Source: Ignavibacteria bacterium (lineage in GTDB: Bacteria > Bacteroidota > Ignavibacteria > Tepidaquicellales > Tepidaquicellaceae). Taken from it: a stretch of 64,000 nt of DNA. Shown here piece by piece: positions 62,027 through 64,000 of the stretch. The DNA lies in contig JBMOHR010000002.1 of assembly GCA_049317745.1 (NCBI GenBank), forward strand, positions 9,997-73,996. Direction: 5' to 3'. Under the pieces are notes generated by a model. It saw nothing but the letters and a program-made list of their open reading frames with translations. It made no database searches and was not told the origin of the DNA. The stretch's first letter is position 1; each line of letters starts with the position of its first letter. A program made the position numbers and the translations under genes.

Positions 62027-63778
62027 ATGAAATCATTATTTCCACTTATTCCATATCTAAAGAAGCAGAAGTATAAACTATTATTAGGTACTGTATTTGT
62101 TATAATCAGTATTTCTCTTCAAAGTATATACCCCCTTGTAATCGGTAACGGTATTGACGCAATTTCGAAAGGTGATACAAGTTTTTCGTATTTGAATTAC
62201 GGATTGCTGAGTGTAGGTCTGATATTAGTCGGAGGTGTTTTCCTTTTTCTTACAAGAAGGACCATAATTGTAGCATCAAGAGAAATTGAGAATGATTTAA
62301 GACACGATTTCTTTGAGCATCTTCAAAAACTGCCTAAATCCTTTTATGACAAGAATTCCACCGGCGATTTAATGGCTCACGCTACTAATGATATTAATAA
62401 TATACGTAACTTCTTAGGACCCGGAATTATGTATTCGATACAGACTTTCCTGAGGACAGTAGTTACCTTAACGATAATGTTCAGCATTGCTTTTAAACTT
62501 TCATTAATTGCATTAATACCTCTTCCGTTAATTTCATTCTTTGTTTACAAGGTAATGAAATCTGTTTACGGTCGCTCACAGAAAGTACAGGAAGCATTTT
62601 CTGGACTTACTACAAAGGTACAGGAAAACTTTTCAGGCATCAGGGTTATGAAATCATACGTAAGAGAAGATTCTGAGATAGCAGATTTTAACATAATTTC
62701 CGCAGATTATCAGAAGAAGAATTTATCGCTGGCGAGAATTCAGGCATATGCATTTCCTATGATGTTCTTATTAACTGGGCTTTCTATCATCATTGTAATA
62801 TATTTCGGCGGAGTGGATGTTATTAACGGCAAACTTACTATCGGTAACGTTACAGAGTTTATTGTGTATCTCGGTCAGTTAACTTTTCCTATGATAGCAT
62901 TCGGATGGGTTATTAATCTTGTACAAAGGGCTTCACCATCTATGGACAGATTAATGAAAATAAGAAATATTGAACCCGAGATTCAGGATAACGATGTTAC
63001 AGATTCAAATATTAAAAACCGTGATATACTTGGAACTGTTGAATTCAAAGATGTAAGTTTTAAATATCCCGAGACTGACAACTTTGTGTTAAAGAACATA
63101 AACCTGAAGATAGACAAGGGCAGCAGCCTCGGAATAATAGGTCATACGGGTTGCGGGAAGTCAACACTAATTAATCTTATTCCCAGAATTTACGATACTA
63201 CTGAGGGCAAAATATTATTAGACGGGAAAGACATTAAGGAAATTCCGCTTGAAGTTTTAAGAACATCTGTAGGTGTAGTTCCTCAGGAATCATTTTTATT
63301 CTCGGATTCAATTGAGAGCAACATTGGATATTCAGAAGATACTATTGACGAAAGCAATCTTGAAAGTTCATCACAACTTGCAGGGCTGTATAAAGATGTG
63401 AATTTATTCCCGGAAAAGTTTAAAACAGTTATCGGAGAAAGAGGCGTTACATTATCGGGCGGACAAAAGCAGAGAACATCAATCGCCAGGGCAATATATA
63501 AAACTCCTAAGGTTTTAATACTGGATGATTCTTTGTCTGCAGTTGATACGAATACAGAAGAGGAAATATTACAGGGATTGAAAGAAGTAATGAAAGACAG
63601 AACAACTATAATAATATCTCACAGGATTTCGACTTTGAAGAACCTTGACAACATTATAGTCCTCGAGAACGCACAGATAAAAGAACAGGGCACACACGAA
63701 GAATTATTAGCAAAGAATGGAATATACTACAACATACACATTAAGCAATTACTGGAGGAAGAAATTGAGGAGATGTAA
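62027..63778 (+). CDS. ABC exporter, fused permease/ATPase (MsbA/type-I exporter-like)
   Basis: Six N-terminal TM helices, Walker A (GHTGCGKST), signature LSGGQKQR, Walker B (VLILDD). Confidence 0.92.
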   Translation: MKSLFPLIPYLKKQKYKLLLGTVFVIISISLQSIYPLVIGNGIDAISKGDTSFSYLNYGLLSVGLILVGGVFLFLTRRTIIVASREIENDLRHDFFEHLQKLPKSFYDKNSTGDLMAHATNDINNIRNFLGPGIMYSIQTFLRTVVTLTIMFSIAFKLSLIALIPLPLISFFVYKVMKSVYGRSQKVQEAFSGLTTKVQENFSGIRVMKSYVREDSEIADFNIISADYQKKNLSLARIQAYAFPMMFLLTGLSIIIVIYFGGVDVINGKLTIGNVTEFIVYLGQLTFPMIAFGWVINLVQRASPSMDRLMKIRNIEPEIQDNDVTDSNIKNRDILGTVEFKDVSFKYPETDNFVLKNINLKIDKGSSLGIIGHTGCGKSTLINLIPRIYDTTEGKILLDGKDIKEIPLEVLRTSVGVVPQESFLFSDSIESNIGYSEDTIDESNLESSSQLAGLYKDVNLFPEKFKTVIGERGVTLSGGQKQRTSIARAIYKTPKVLILDDSLSAVDTNTEEEILQGLKEVMKDRTTIIISHRISTLKNLDNIIVLENAQIKEQGTHEELLAKNGIYYNIHIKQLLEEEIEEM

Positions 63779-63784
63779 TATATA

Positions 63785-64000
63785 ATGAGCGTAAGAAAAA
63801 TTACAGCAAAAAAAAGCGAAGATGCATTGGGCAAACCAATTGACTCTGTTATATTCAGGAGACTGCTTTCATACTTTAAGCCGTACAAATGGTATATAGT
63901 ACTGGCGATTTCTCTGACAATATTCACTTCTGCACTTGCTGCGGTAAGACCAAGGCTGACACCTATTGCGATTGATGATATGATTGGCAACAAGAACCTA
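63785..64000 (+). CDS. Second ABC exporter subunit, N-terminal fragment cut by the window edge (likely heterodimer partner)
   Basis: Absent from the ORF track (no stop). The ATG at 63785 gives MSVRKITAKKSEDALGKPIDSVIFRRLLSYFKPYKWYIVLAISLTIFTSAL..., typical of an ABC exporter TMD start. It begins 6 bp after the previous stop. Confidence 0.8.
   Translation, partial: MSVRKITAKKSEDALGKPIDSVIFRRLLSYFKPYKWYIVLAISLTIFTSALAAVRPRLTPIAIDDMIGNKNL

Overview
This is a visibly AT-rich chromosomal segment. It most likely comes from an FCB-group bacterium (Ignavibacteria/Bacteroidota-like). That is an inference from three proteins with NYPNPFN-type T9SS C-terminal sorting domains, an UpxY-type NusG paralog in a polysaccharide locus, many lipoproteins and TonB-dependent receptors, and TTTG..TAnnTTT-like promoter elements. 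I found no transposase, integrase, CRISPR array or rRNA. Layout: (1) 1-2.4 kb, secreted and T9SS proteins. (2) 2.9-10.7 kb, a plus-strand housekeeping run: isochorismatase-like, plsC, kdsB, pyrG, a P-type ATPase, and a stand-alone C-terminal half of methionine synthase. (3) 11.6-19.9 kb, a minus-strand polysaccharide locus: Wzc-like kinase, Zn-ribbon protein, UpxY-like, WbpA-like, Gmd, WbpB/D/E-like. (4) 20-31 kb, core genes: MFS, cupin, prmA, folD, two SPOR lipoproteins, deoC, ftsK, comB-family, gcvT, tal. (5) tRNA-Leu(UAA) at 31.65 kb, then LPS-type GT9 and GT2 genes. (6) 33.6-43.7 kb, an accessory-looking stretch of poorly characterised envelope genes. It holds two lipoproteins, an EFR1-type ferredoxin, a pentameric ligand-gated ion channel homolog next to an outer-membrane channel, a hypothetical gene preceded by an exact 11-bp phased repeat, and a GIY-YIG/DUF4357 nuclease with a 62-aa membrane partner. 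It also holds a bestrophin-like plus small membrane protein pair, and several GC-rich structured intergenic regions. (7) 43.8-52 kb, two parvulin PPIases, a large membrane protein, a T9SS propeller protein and tandem OMP paralogs. (8) 52.1-61.9 kb, three TonB-dependent receptors, a BNR sialidase-like T9SS protein and two paralogous small anchored proteins ending in TPPPK. (9) 62-64 kb, an ABC exporter pair, the second gene truncated by the window edge. There are three best candidates for something undescribed. The first is the pair of adjacent operons at 39.6-42.1 kb that share a duplicated ~90-bp promoter/operator module (nuclease plus membrane proteins). The second is the duplicated module of a TPPPK-tail protein followed by a TonB-dependent receptor. 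The third is the pLGIC plus OMP pair. All family calls come from motif recognition by eye; no searches were run.
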